Source: Octopus vulgaris (taxonomy: Eukaryota). From it: a stretch of 64,000 nt of DNA. Location: positions 25,048,001-25,112,000 of the forward strand of contig OX597828.1 of assembly GCA_951406725.2 (NCBI GenBank), written 5' to 3'. A program made the position numbers and the translations under genes. The notes below the pieces were generated by a model. That model saw only the letters and a list, made by a program, of their open reading frames with translations, was not told where the DNA came from and searched no databases. Below, one piece after another: positions 50,674-63,410 of this stretch; the first letter of the stretch is position 1, and each line of letters starts with the position of its first letter.

Positions 50674-51172
50674 GGTCTCTATGAAGTATTGTTAGGAGCC
50701 ACATTCTAAATGTGGGTTAATAGAGGACAGGTAAGGATCAAAGATTAAATGTGATTCTATAAAGTACTGTTATTGATCAGACAGAAAGATCATTGTGGAG
50801 GCCGACATGAAGAGTATTCTCGAGGAAAACTCCCTTTCATAGACATCATTGGGCACGACTCTCCAGAACTGCCATCAATGAGCCTGGAGTTGCGATGGAA
50901 GTTGATCGTACAGTGGATCCCGACTGGTTTAAAATTTGTTGTTCAACCACGTCGAAAGATGGTGGTTGTCGTCGTCATCGTCATGGTGTAGGTCGTCGTC
51001 GTGGCGGCGGCGGCGACGACGATGATGGTCATGATGATGATGATGATAATGATAAAGTACTGACAGAGGCCATAGTTTAAATTAAGGTCCATAAAATATT
51101 GTTAACGATCATAATTTTTAACTGTATCAGTATAAAGTACAGACAGGAATCATAGAATAAATGTAGATTTAT

Positions 51173-51338
51173 AGGCGCAGGAGTGGCTGTGTGGTAAGTA
51201 GCTTGCTTACCAACCACATGGTTCCGGGTTCAGTCCCACTGCGTGGCACCTTGGGCAAGTGTCTTCTACTATAGCCTCGGGCCGACCAAAGCCTTGTGAG
51301 TGGATTTGGTAGATGGAAACTGAAAGAAGCCCGTCGTA

Positions 51339-51396
<58 letters not shown>

Positions 51397-51617
51397 TGTG
51401 TGTGTTTGTGTGTCTGTGTTTTTCCCCAAGCATTGCTTGACAACCGATGCTGGTGTGTTTATGCCCCTGTTACTTAGCGGTTCGGCAAAAGAGACCAATA
51501 GAATAAGTACTGGGCTTACTAAAGAATAAGTCCCGGGGTCGAGTTGCTCGATTAAAGGCGGTGCTCCAGCATGGCCGCAGTCAAATGACTGAAACAAGTA
51601 AAAGAGTAAAAGAGAGT
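51173..51617 (+). mobile_element. Full-length tRNA-derived SINE family A with internal (TA)n/(GT)n
   Basis: A box TGGCTGTGTGG, B-box-like GGTTCAGTCCC, CORE-like CCTTGGGCAAGT, tail AAGTAAAAGAG; many relatives (e.g. ~7000, 10637, 16930, 24820, 47470, 56725, 62080). Confidence 0.9.
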
Positions 51618-51755
51618 ACTGTCAGGGGTCATACTTGAAATGTAGATTTGCAAAGTTATGCTACGGCTTATCGCTCCAGTGTAGTTTTATAAAATACTAT
51701 AAGTCGCTGAGGGGAGGGGGTCCATAGACTAATTGTGTAAATATGAAGTACTTAC

Positions 51756-51868
51756 TGTTAGGATCGTACTTTACAGCATAGATACGTCCCAGCTGCTTTC
51801 TCACCAGAGACGACACGAATTTACCAGTTTCCTTTTCATCCTTCAGACCAGCCTTAAAGCACAGAATC
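51756..51868 (-). CDS. PAL: PAL exon (ILCFKAGLKDEKETGKFVSSLVRKQLGRIYAVKYDPN)
   Basis: tttccactag acceptor, gtaagt donor; phase 2->1. Confidence 0.9.
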
Positions 51869-51934
51869 CTAGTGGAAAGATGTATATATATATATATATT
51901 TAAAAAAGGAGATGTGGAACACGAGTTGTGATAT

Positions 51935-52207
51935 ATAAAAAAGGAAATGAAGAAAATGTTGACAAAATAATTTAAGTAATTTAAGTAATTTAATTAGGTG
52001 AAAGTTCTTTTTACCGGTTGCGCATTTGTTATGCTTATCAAAAGATTAGAGTTCCTTTCTGATAGATTTTTTTTCTCTTATAAAAAATCTATCAGAAAGG
52101 AACTCTAATCTTTTGATAAGCATAACAAATGCGCAACCGGTAAAAAGAACTTTCACCTAATTAAATTACTTAAATTATTTTGTCAGCATTTTCTTCATTT
52201 CCTTTTA
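51935..52207. mobile_element. Fold-back element in (TA)n with degenerate HHR-like motif (52109-52148)
   Basis: Near-perfect palindrome centred ~52075; TTGATAA-gcat-aacaa-atgc-GCAA-CCGG-TA. Confidence 0.65.
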
Positions 52208-52415
52208 TATATATATATATATAATACAAAATGAGGGAGAAGAACGCAAAACATCCGGGCAGTTAGGAGATACAAAGATGAGACAACAAAACATCCAGAT
52301 AGACGATACACAGAAACCAAGGAGAGAGGTCATTCGAAGTTTTCGTGACAGATAATACACCTTTTGTGGCAGTTATAACGAAATTGCTTTCTTATATTAC
52401 CGGGTACACCAGATA

Positions 52416-52466
<51 letters not shown>

Positions 52467-52783
52467 ATCCAAACAAGAAAACAAAAACAAAAAAACAACA
52501 ACGCCAGGACGTGGAACAAATAAAGTATTATTGGACGCTCAGGAAAGAAGGGAAGAAGGAGGGTTCGACGTTTTGAGCGGAGCTCTTCGTCGGAAACATA
52601 GGAGAAGGAAAGATCCCGAGAAGGGAAGACAGGGGAAAAAAATCGCTAGTGATACAGACAAGGTCACATACTAAGTCGATGATACATAGATATAATTGAA
52701 TATTTTAAAAGTATACACACATAGTGATATACATATATATATATATGTATGTTTGTGAACTAAGCCCCTATATTCTGTGTGTC

Positions 52784-52827
<44 letters not shown>

Positions 52828-52896
52828 TATATTATATTATATAATGTTATATTACAATGTATGTACACACATATACGAACACACAAGTGTTCTTAC

Positions 52897-52975
52897 CGTT
52901 TGTTCTCTCGGTCGGCCACATATATGCGGTCCAACTGCTCCACCAATGTTATACTGTGAACCACATTCATTTGAT
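52897..52975 (-). CDS. PAL: PAL exon (QMNVVHSITLVEQLDRIYVADRENKR)
   Basis: tttcttcacag acceptor, gtaaga donor; HS Zn ligand and VADREN catalytic Arg motif. Confidence 0.92.
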
Positions 52976-53132
52976 CTGTGAAGAAACACGAAATGCAATT
53001 ATAATGGTATATAGAACACATACATACATACATACATACATACATACATACATACATACATACATACATACATACATCCTCTATTGGCAAGAAATCTTGA
53101 AATGAACTGAATAATGAGATACATACACACAT

Positions 53133-53180
<48 letters not shown>

Positions 53181-53932
53181 CGTGTCCTTGGTGTAAGGCA
53201 TACTGTGTACATGGTTTGTAGGATAGAAATGAAGCTTAGAAATTGTTTTTGTAATATCAGACTTAATTCGTCGTGTGGGTTAACACCACGACCCGGCACA
53301 TGCAGTACCCTTAGTGGAGTCCACTCTATTACAAGCATTCGCGCTACGTCTCTTCTTTGAGTTAGTTATATTCCCTCATTCCTATCAGATTCTGGTTTTT
53401 CTCTACAGCAACGTTTTGAAAAAATTAATGAAATGATATCTGAATTACTTCCCTTAGATTACTGCAGATAGAGTTTCCTCCCTTAACTGAGTTTTTTTTT
53501 TTTTTGTTTCTTTTTGTGATTTAATGACTTTTTTTTTGAAAGCGACATGCTTTCATTATTTATTTTTGTTAATTTATTTCTCTTCAGTTATCGTTTAATC
53601 TCCTGCTTATTTCTGTCATTAGACTGTGGCCATGCTGTGGCATTGCCTTGAAGAATTATTAGTGGAATGAATTTACATTTTAAGCCTTTTACTTTCTCTG
53701 TTTGTTATGGGGATGTACACACACCAACACCGGTTGTCAAGCGGTGGTGGTGAACAAACACAGACACAAAGACACACGCACATACATATATAAATGCATA
53801 TATAAATATACATATATGCGTTTGTGTGTGTGTGAGTGTGTATGTATATGTATATTTGTATATATATATGTGTGTGTGTATATATATTTGTGTGTGTGTA
53901 TGTATATGTATATTTGTGTGTGTATGTATATG

Positions 53933-54002
<70 letters not shown>

Positions 54003-54559
54003 TGTGTGTGTGTCATTCATTCAGTTTCCGCGCGACATGTTTCATTCAGTTTCCGTCTACCCAATCCACTCACAAGGCTTTGGATACACACGCTCGCACA
54101 CACACACACACATACACAGACTCGCACGCACACACACACACGCACACACACACACACATACACAGACACACACACACACACACACACACAAAGATTCACA
54201 CTCTCCCACGCACACATACACATGCGCGCACGCGCACACACACACACACTCACAAAGATACGCACCGTCATACACACACATGCACACAAACTCACAAACA
54301 CACACACACACACTCACACGCCCACATATACATGCACGCACACACACGCGCACAGAAACACGCACACACACGCACACACACGCACACACACGCACACACG
54401 TACACACACATACAATCATACATTCACAAAGATACACACACACACATCCATACACACACACTCACACACATACACACGCATACACATATTCACACACACA
54501 CATTCTTGGCGTGCTCTTGTATAACAAATGAAGGAATAGTTTCGAAGCGAACCACTTAC

Positions 54560-54627
54560 AGTTTCTTCCAATGTAAGACAGGAAAGTTCCATTCTTTGAG
54601 AATTTCATCACCCTGCTGTTACAATAA
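54560..54627 (-). CDS. PAL: PAL exon (YCNSRVMKFSKNGTFLSYIGRN)
   Basis: tttgcag acceptor, gtaagt donor; completes the DGYCNSR motif. Confidence 0.92.
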
Positions 54628-54821
54628 CTGCAAAGAGAAATGGGATCGTCGGCTTTTAAATAACTTTCTCGCCATCTCGCCATCATCATCATCATCATCT
54701 TCAGCAACTGCTAAAGCAACAACAACAACAACATCATCATACTTGACCACATCATACTCACACACACCGACACACACACATAAGCAAATAATATATATAT
54801 ATATGTTTATATATGTGTCTG

Positions 54822-54912
<91 letters not shown>

Positions 54913-55476
54913 AGACGCAATGGCCCAGTGGTTAGGGCAGCAGTCTCGGTGTTGTAGGATCGCGGTTTCGATTCCCAGACCGCTCGTTGTGAGTGTTTAT
55001 TGAGCGAAAACACCTAAAAGCTCCACGAGGCTCCGGCAGGGTGGTGGTGGCGATCCCTGCTGTACTCTTTCGCCACAACTTTCTCTCACTCTTTCGTCTG
55101 TTGGCCTGCTCGCTTAGCCAGCGGGGTGGCGTCACTTGAAGGCTAAGACAATGCAAAGCGCATTGTGACCAGCGATGTGTAGCAACATCTGATAGCCTGG
55201 TCGGTCACGGTGATCACGGTGATATATATATATATATATATACAAATTGAGATAGGGGTTGTAAATACAACACACCATGGGATACCAAATATCCAATATA
55301 CTGCTAGTGAGGTACCCAACAAAGTTAATACATAAATGTTAAGAATTGCGATACAATTAATTCATTTATTATGTTTAACCCTATAGTTTCTTATGTGGTG
55401 GTTTAATAAAGTATGTGATTGAGTATTATCTGGTAATTGATATTTGATTTCGATGTATTTCTCCATTTTCTTATTT

Positions 55477-55556
<80 letters not shown>

Positions 55557-55807
55557 GCAGGGTAATAAAAATTTTAGACATTTTTATTACCCAGTGGCCT
55601 AGCGTGTAGAAAAATTAGTCAATAGACTATATATTATTCATATAAAAACAGGTATCCATCTGGCACGCTAGAAAGAACAGCCAAAATCCAAACCACTATT
55701 AGGGATAAACGCACACACATGTATGTATGTATGTATGTATGTATGTATGCAAGCCCAAATTTCGTGAAAATATCGGAAATCGGAAAAATGGAATCAGCAT
55801 TTCTTAC

Positions 55808-55947
55808 CCGTCGGCCACAAAGAATTGTCCATTGGAAGCAACAGCTACATCTGCCGGTTGACAGAAGTGACTCTCGTCAGTTCCTGGAGTCAACCTGATG
55901 CCAAGAATCATGGAGGGTTGATTTGATCCAGCTGAGAACTTCATCAC
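55808..55947 (-). CDS. PAL: PAL exon (VMKFSAGSNQPSMILGIRLTPGTDESHFCQPADVAVASNGQFFVADG)
   Basis: tcttcgtag acceptor, gtaaga donor; HFCQPxDVAV motif. Confidence 0.92.
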
Positions 55948-56042
55948 CTACGAAGATAATCCACCAAAGAAAGTCACAAATTTTGTAGTGGGTGGGGGGT
56001 GAAGAGTGAAGAATTTGGGGAAAAAGATATATTGTCTCTTTC

Positions 56043-56073
<31 letters not shown>

Positions 56074-57035
56074 TTCTCATTCTTTCTCACTCCCTTTTTC
56101 TCACTCACTTTCCCTCTCACTCACTCTCTTTCTATCACTCACTCTATCTCTCTTTTGTCTCTCTCACTCTCTCTTTTTCTCTCTCTCTTTCTCTCTCTCT
56201 CTTTCTCTCTCTCTCACTCTTTCTCACTCCCTTTTTCTCACTCACTTTCCCTCTCACTCACTTTCCCTCTCACTCACTCTCTTTCTCTCACTCACTTTGT
56301 CTCTCTTTTGTCTCTCTCTCACTCTCTCTTTTTCCTCTCTCTTTTTCTCTCTCTCTCTCTCTCTTTCTATAACTATACATGCTTCCTCTTTCTCTTATTC
56401 TCTACATCACTATATTTCTTTCGGTCTATCTCCCTTTCTTTCTCCCTGTTTTCATCTTGCTCTCTCTTTCTCCTTTTTTCTCCTTACTCTTTCTCCCTCC
56501 CCTCTCCCTCTCTCTCTCTCTCTCACCAATTCCAGAGTGATGTTGTTACTAATCACAGTATTGCACTGTTGGTCGTCATTTAAGGATCTTGTCTCTAAGC
56601 ACAATGGTACCTATTTACGGCTAGGTGAACTGGGCTGTCCATATTTAAAGAGTCCCTGTTGTGAATAAAGTACAGTTAATTATACCATATCAGGATATAT
56701 GCATACAGTTAGGTAGATAGGAGCCGCAGGCGTGGCTGTGTGGTAAGATACCAGCTTCTCAACTACATGGTTCCGAGTTCAGTCGTACAGCGTGGCACCT
56801 TGGGCAAGTGCTTTCTGCTAAAGCCTCGGGGTGACCAAAGCCTTGTTAGGGGATTTTGGCAGACGGAAACTGAAAAGAAGTTTGTTGTGTATGTATATAT
56901 GTGTGTGTGAGAGAGAGAGAGAGAGACAGACACAGACAGACAGACAGACAAAGAGAGAGAGATTGTGTGGAGTGTGTGTGTGTGTCTGTGCGTATACGTG
57001 TGCGTGTGTGTGTGTGTGTGTATCTCTGTGTGTGT

Positions 57036-57113
<78 letters not shown>

Positions 57114-58174
57114 GCGTGCGTCTGTGTGTGTTTGTCCACCATCACCGCCTGGTGTGGTTTCGTCTCCGTAACTTAGCGGTTCAGTAAAAGATTCCGATAG
57201 AAGAAGTACCAGGCTTTAAGGCAAAGAAAAAAAAGGTACTGGGATCGATTCGTTCGTCAAAAAACATCGTTCAAAGCAATGCCAGGGGCGTAACCAGGTT
57301 CCAAAGTTAGGGGAAGCGAGCACATTTGAAAAAGGCGCCGTGACTTATACCAAACAATGTTTAACTCCTTGATTATACATTCTCTAAAAGGCACTAATTT
57401 TGAAAAATTTGCTCGGTAGGGAGCGGTCGCTCCTCATGCTCCCCTATTAGCTATGATACAAGGCAGTGCCCCAGCATGGCCCCAATCTAATGGTTGAAAT
57501 AAATAAAAGATAAAAAGGTGAAAGATAAAGGGACATTGATAGTTCAGTGACAAAGTCATAGACACAGTAAGGTTCTACTGACTGGCACTCACTCCGTCGG
57601 TTGCGACGAGGGTTCCAGTTGATCCGATCAACGGAACAGCCTGCTTGCGAAATTAACGTGCAAGTGGCTGAGCACTCCACAGACACGTTTACCCTTAATG
57701 CAGTTTTAAAGGAGAGATTCAGCGTGACACAGAGTGTGACAAGGCTGGGTCCCTTTGAAATACTGGTACGACTGGGGGGGGGTGGTTATTATTTTTATTA
57801 TTTCCTAACTGAGTGGACTGGAGCAATATGACATAAAGTGCCCTAGCAGAAGAGCACAACACGCCGCCTGGAATCGAACTTGCGACGTTACGAAGGCGAG
57901 TTGAATACCCTAACCAGTAAGCCACATACGTTCACAGATCTTATGACACAGAACAGAACACGGACCCCAATCAGCTGTTTCTCCAATTATTTATCAACTT
58001 CCCCGTTTTGGCTAGTCGGCAGTCAACAACAGCAACAATAGCAACAACAACAACAACAATAGCGACAACAACAACAAAATACACGCTGTCCTTTCCTATT
58101 AAAAATCTCACAACACAATGTACTTCGAGGTGGGTTCCCCCACGCACCCACCCCAACCCAACCCCACTGCTTAC

Positions 58175-58247
58175 CTGATGCAGTCCAACATCTGTTGTCC
58201 AAATATTATCTTCTTGGTCAACTGTTATACCATGAGGCAAATAAAAC
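58175..58247 (-). CDS. PAL: PAL exon (FYLPHGITVDQEDNIWTTDVGLHQ)
   Basis: tttttcacag acceptor, gtaagc donor; PHG Zn-ligand motif. Confidence 0.92.
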
Positions 58248-58476
58248 CTGTGAAAAAAAATACATATATATATATATATAAATATTTGAGTAATTGAATG
58301 AATTATCTTATTAAGGATAATTCGAAAGATAACCGATACCTGGGTAGCAAATTCACATCAGAAAGCACATAATGTACTCCTTATTCCTTCGGAATTAGGA
58401 ATATGCAGTCTTTGAAACATATCTCGAGAATAAAGGATATTTGTTAACTAGTCGTTCAACTCCATTCTTTCATATA

Positions 58477-58538
<62 letters not shown>

Positions 58539-58777
58539 ATTTATGAAATAGATACATCACGCATACATATGTATACATAGATATGTGTATGTGTGTGCAT
58601 GCGTATGTGTGCGCATGCGTGTATAGTTTGGCTCGAAGCGAACTGAATTCAGTTAGTTGTTTATTGGTTGGGGTTCAGGACCAATCAGAGACGTTAAATA
58701 CCAATCGATGCGGTAGGCCGTAACCTGGGACATAACCGAGAGCTACCACAGTATCCGCACGGATAATATATCCTTCT

Positions 58778-58847
<70 letters not shown>

Positions 58848-59227
58848 ACATACACACATACACACACGCACGCACACACACACACACACACAAACAGATA
58901 GCTAGGTAGGTAGGTAGGTTGGTAGATAAATATGTTTCTTTATTAGCCACACAGGGCTGCACATAGACGGGACAAATTACAAGGTAGAGCTTTTCTTTTG
59001 GGGGATATAAAAAAGGGGGTTTGGTTTTCGATCAAAAGGGATCGTAAAAGGAAAGAAAGAGGAAAGCAAAAAAAGTGGGGGGGATAAAAGGAAAAAGAAA
59101 AAATCGATCAATAGGGATCGTTATCACAGAAATGTCAATATAAAGTGTAAAGGGGAAGACAGGTGAGGTTTACCCATGGAAAGAAAAGCCTACGGAAAAG
59201 ACCACGGTAACCTCGGTCAATGAAGTC

Positions 59228-59261
<34 letters not shown>

Positions 59262-59329
59262 GTAGGTAGGTAGGTAGGTAGATAGGTAGGTAGGTAGGTA
59301 GGTAGGTAGGTAGATGGATGGATGGATAG

Positions 59330-59379
<50 letters not shown>

Positions 59380-59420
59380 GTAGGTAGGTAGGTAGGTAGG
59401 TAGGTAAGTAGGTAGGTAGG

Positions 59421-59458
<38 letters not shown>

Positions 59459-59790
59459 TATAGATAGATAGATAGATGTGCATGCATTTGTAAACATGAG
59501 TGAGAGAGTGAAAAAGTTGTGAGTTGTTTAAAATACTTAACGTTGGTTTCGAATTTTAGCACAGGGCCTGCAATTTCGGGGAGGGGACTTGTCGTTTGCA
59601 TCGTTCCCAGTGTTTAACAGGTTCCCAGTGTTTATCGACCCAGAGAGGATGAAAACCAAAGTCAACCCCAGCAGCATTTGAACTCTAAGCCTATTTTTGC
59701 GGCGCAGTAACAATTCTGGAAGCTCACCGCTTTATTGAAATGGAAATTATTAAAATAATGTGTAAACTAAAAAAAATTCTACCAACTTAC

Positions 59791-59901
59791 AAATTGGCGC
59801 CAAACGATGACACTTCCGTTCCGGTACTGTTTGATAAAGTTACAATCGTGTTCTGCTTGATTGCACCGTGGCCTCGGAAGTTATTCAAGCGATCAAAAGA
59901 C
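59791..59901 (-). CDS. PAL: PAL exon (SFDRLNNFRGHGAIKQNTIVTLSNSTGTEVSSFGAN); most 5' exon found
   Basis: ctttcacag acceptor, gtaagt donor; resembles the PAL SF...GPI.ENTI...G.NLFY segment; phase fits the next exon. Confidence 0.85.
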
Positions 59902-60276
59902 CTGTGAAAGAAAAAAAAGAATACATGAATTAATAAATAAAAGAATTTCAGAGACACACGTACAGTGCGCTGGTTCGTGATGATGTCGGGATGTATTTAA
60001 CGGGCAAAGGAATGTGTGTATGTACGTGTGCGTGTGTCTGCATGTGTGTGGGGGTGGTGTGTGTGGAGGAGTGTGTGTGCCTGTGTGTCGGGTATAGTTG
60101 TTGCTGTTGTAGGCCTTATGTACATGTCTATGTATCTTTCATCACATACGTGTGCGTATGCGCGTCTGTGTATATATGTGTGTGTGTATGTGTGCGTGTG
60201 TGTGTAATAACCGACATTATAAATGTTGGTTGGTTGTTTGATTTCTCCAGTCGTATTTTACATTGTATAGAGAAAG

Positions 60277-60319
<43 letters not shown>

Positions 60320-60449
60320 AACAGAAGAGTACAAGATGGGTACCTTGTACTCTAAAACTTCCTGAAAAGTACATATTTCTAAAAGTAAATTTCCCAGTAA
60401 TAGGTTTCCAGCGGAGTTGATTGCGATTATTTTGACATCATATCTATTT

Positions 60450-60487
<38 letters not shown>

Positions 60488-60490
<3 letters not shown>

Positions 60491-60676
60491 GAATTTACAA
60501 AAAGAAACTAAAGACGAAGACGGGTGTGTAAACAACAAACAGATGTATTAGTTTAATGCTCAGGAAGTGAGAAAGTCTTTTACGTTTCGAGCCTACGTTC
60601 TTCAACAGAAAGGAACACAGAAATAAACAGGGAAAGGAAAGAGAAAAAGGTTTAGTGGCTAGCGATCTATCATGGC

Positions 60677-60680
<4 letters not shown>
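60488..60680 (-). mobile_element. (TA)n-embedded HHR-like repeat, same family as 11520-11670
   Basis: Reverse-complement homology; (TA)n on both sides. Confidence 0.6.
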
Positions 60681-60717
<37 letters not shown>

Positions 60718-60888
60718 GGCGATGTCAAAAGGATTTAGAAACTTCGAGAGAACGTGAAATAATTCTTTTGGGAGACGATGAAACTTGAAGCAGATAAAGC
60801 TATAACATTAACATGAGTATTGGATTAAAAAATCTGTTCGATAGAAGAAGTCAATGGCAGTTGTAGAAATATATGTTTACATAGATAC

Positions 60889-60963
<75 letters not shown>

Positions 60964-61391
60964 GGGGTGGGTGTGACACCAGAGAGGAAGCAGTGTCACA
61001 TTGTTGTTTCTGGTCGGCGTGCCGCTGCCTTTCATTGCTTTTTTGTGAGCATGTATCGCCTTTGTGTTTTCTATTATAGGCATGACGCCACAAATTGCAG
61101 AAGACAGGGTCTTGTCCAGCGTTTTTCATGCTGTGGGTCTTGACCCTTCGGTGGGTCGCGAGATAAATAAAATGGGTCGTGACAAAAAAGTTTGTAAAAC
61201 GCTGGTCAAGTCGATTACATCGACCTTTTTGCTTGACTTATTCTCTTTATTTTATCGATTCCAAAAAGATGATAGGTGAGGTCAACTACGGTGGAAATTG
61301 AACTCAGAACGAAAAGACGAGTGAAACGCCGCTAAGCGTGCTGTCCGGTGTGCTAACGATTCTGCCAGTTTGCCTCCTTTGCGAGCTTATA

Positions 61392-61631
61392 CAGGGTGGC
61401 CCAAAAGTAAGTTTACAGTTATTCAACTATCTCTTTCACTTTCATATATTAAGAGTTTAGATCTTGATTATAAAAAAAAAAACTATGAAACCATTATTCT
61501 ATGCTAATTTAGTTAATTTTGTCAAGCTTCCTTTTCAGTTTGTAAGATAGAAATTTAAATGTAATATAATGTTTTAAAAGAAATTTAAAGTGCCTACGTG
61601 ATAACTGTAAACCTACTTTTGGGCCACCCTG
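61392..61631. mobile_element. 240-bp Tc1/mariner-type MITE
   Basis: TA-CAGGGTGGCCCAAAAGTAAGTTTACAGTTAT ... ATAACTGTAAACCTACTTTTGGGCCACCCTG-TA. Confidence 0.9.
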
Positions 61632-62079
61632 TATATATGAAACAGAAGGGGACGCACTCATTTGATTCCGATTTAATTAAATCTAATTTGGGGGCTAATG
61701 CAGTTTCGCACCTCTCCATGAAAAATGCATTCTTTTAAAAAAATTTTTTCGGATTCCTACGGGGTTTATTTTTAAATTTACCCCCACCCCCACCATCCAA
61801 TTTAAATTTTTGATTTTGTTTACTTTAACGAAATTGTAGCGAATTGACGAACATATGCAAATCAAAATTAAATCCAGACAAAAACATTAAAGTTAAAAGA
61901 ATTTGCGTTTTACTTGTGTAAATAAGAATTTAATGGAAATTAAACATACACCACTTTATGAGAAACAAACATTAATGTTTAATGATTAATGTTTAATGAT
62001 TAATGTTATAAAGTTTAAATACGGGGCTCAAATTTCACCCCCTCCCCCAATTTTAAATATTGAATTTTTTCATCCATTT

Positions 62080-62492
62080 ACTCTTTACTCTTTTACTTGT
62101 TTCAGTCATTTGACTGCGGTCATGCTGGAACACCGCCTTTAATCGAGCAACTTGACCCCGGGACTTATTCTTTTGTAAGCCCAGTACTTACTCTATCGGT
62201 CTCTCCCGCCGAACCGCCAAGTAACGGGGACACAAACACACCAGCATCGGCCGTCAAACAATGCTAGGGGAACAAACACAGACACACAAACACACACACG
62301 CATATATATATATATATATATATATATACGACGGGCTTCTTTCAGTTTCCGTCTACCAAATCCACTCACAAGGCTTTGGTCGGCCCGAGGCTATAGTAGA
62401 AGACACTTGCCCAAGGTGCCACGCAGTGGGACTGAACCCGGAACCATGTGGTTGGTAAACAAGCTACTTACCACACAGCCACTGCTGCGCCT
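62080..62492 (-). mobile_element. Full-length SINE family A
   Basis: Reverse complement of the 51173-51617 family. Confidence 0.9.
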
Positions 62493-63021
62493 ATTTATTT
62501 ATTTATCTGTCTGTCTATTTATCCCCTTCCGTTTATTCATAAAATATATTTGTCAACTCAATGTGGCGGTCCAATAGAAGACGGTGTTACTGTTGTTTTT
62601 AGCCCCAGGGAGACATTCCTATCTATCTATCTCTTTATACACCTATCTATGTGCTTATTGAATTTAAAATTTTGAAAACTTGATTTCTTGCATATTCGGA
62701 ATCTCCGTCATCTAAAACATAAGTGAAAAAAATTTCGAAATGGTTCAAAATTTTAAGGGTAGAAGGGAGGGAGTAAAAAAATTATTTTTTTTTTTTTGCA
62801 CATTCGCAATCTCCCACAACTAAAATGCAAGAGAGGTACAAAACTACATTTGCCCCTAATTTGAATCTAGAGTTGTCTCCCTTAGATCTCTTTAACGTGT
62901 CATTAAGATGATTGTGTTTTTCGTTTTTCATTATGAGTGTTATTTCCATCAATTTAAATTGCCTCGCCTTACTTGCATTTTAGTATGTGAGCCCTCACTT
63001 TATTACTAGAAATATAAAGAA

Positions 63022-63410
63022 CTAGCAGTATCGCCCGGCGTTGCTCGGGTTTGTAAGGGAAATAACTATATAAGCATTTTTAGAGAGTTATAGCCAAAAA
63101 ATAGCAAAAAAATGCATTAAAAATGGAAAAAAATGATGGTAAATTTTTTTTTTAAATCGTTGACTCATCGTAGACATTTTTAGAGAGTTACTTCCCTTAT
63201 ATAATAGCGAAAAAATGCATTAAAATGGGAAAAAATGATGGTAAATTTATTTTTTTTAATCGTAGACGCGCGCTAATACCCGGAAGGGCTCGATATGAAT
63301 CACAACTATAAGATACCCGGTTCTGGTTAAACTGCACTGCAAAATGTGGGAGTAGTTAGGAATCTAAATCGTAGGAGACAGACACACAACTTCTCTTTTA
63401 TATATAAAGA
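63022..63410 (-). mobile_element. Non-autonomous Helitron family H2 with internal ~100-bp duplication
   Basis: Minus strand: TC start, hairpin plus CTAG|T end; homologous to 27891-28170. Confidence 0.78.

Noticed and set aside
53673-55003. 433-aa and overlapping CV/HT-rich ORFs
   Set aside because: (CA)n/(GT)n artefacts inside PAL introns; only the 68-bp minus-strand exon is real.
55999-56668. Ser/Leu-rich 194-220-aa ORFs
   Set aside because: (CT)n-rich low-complexity intron sequence.
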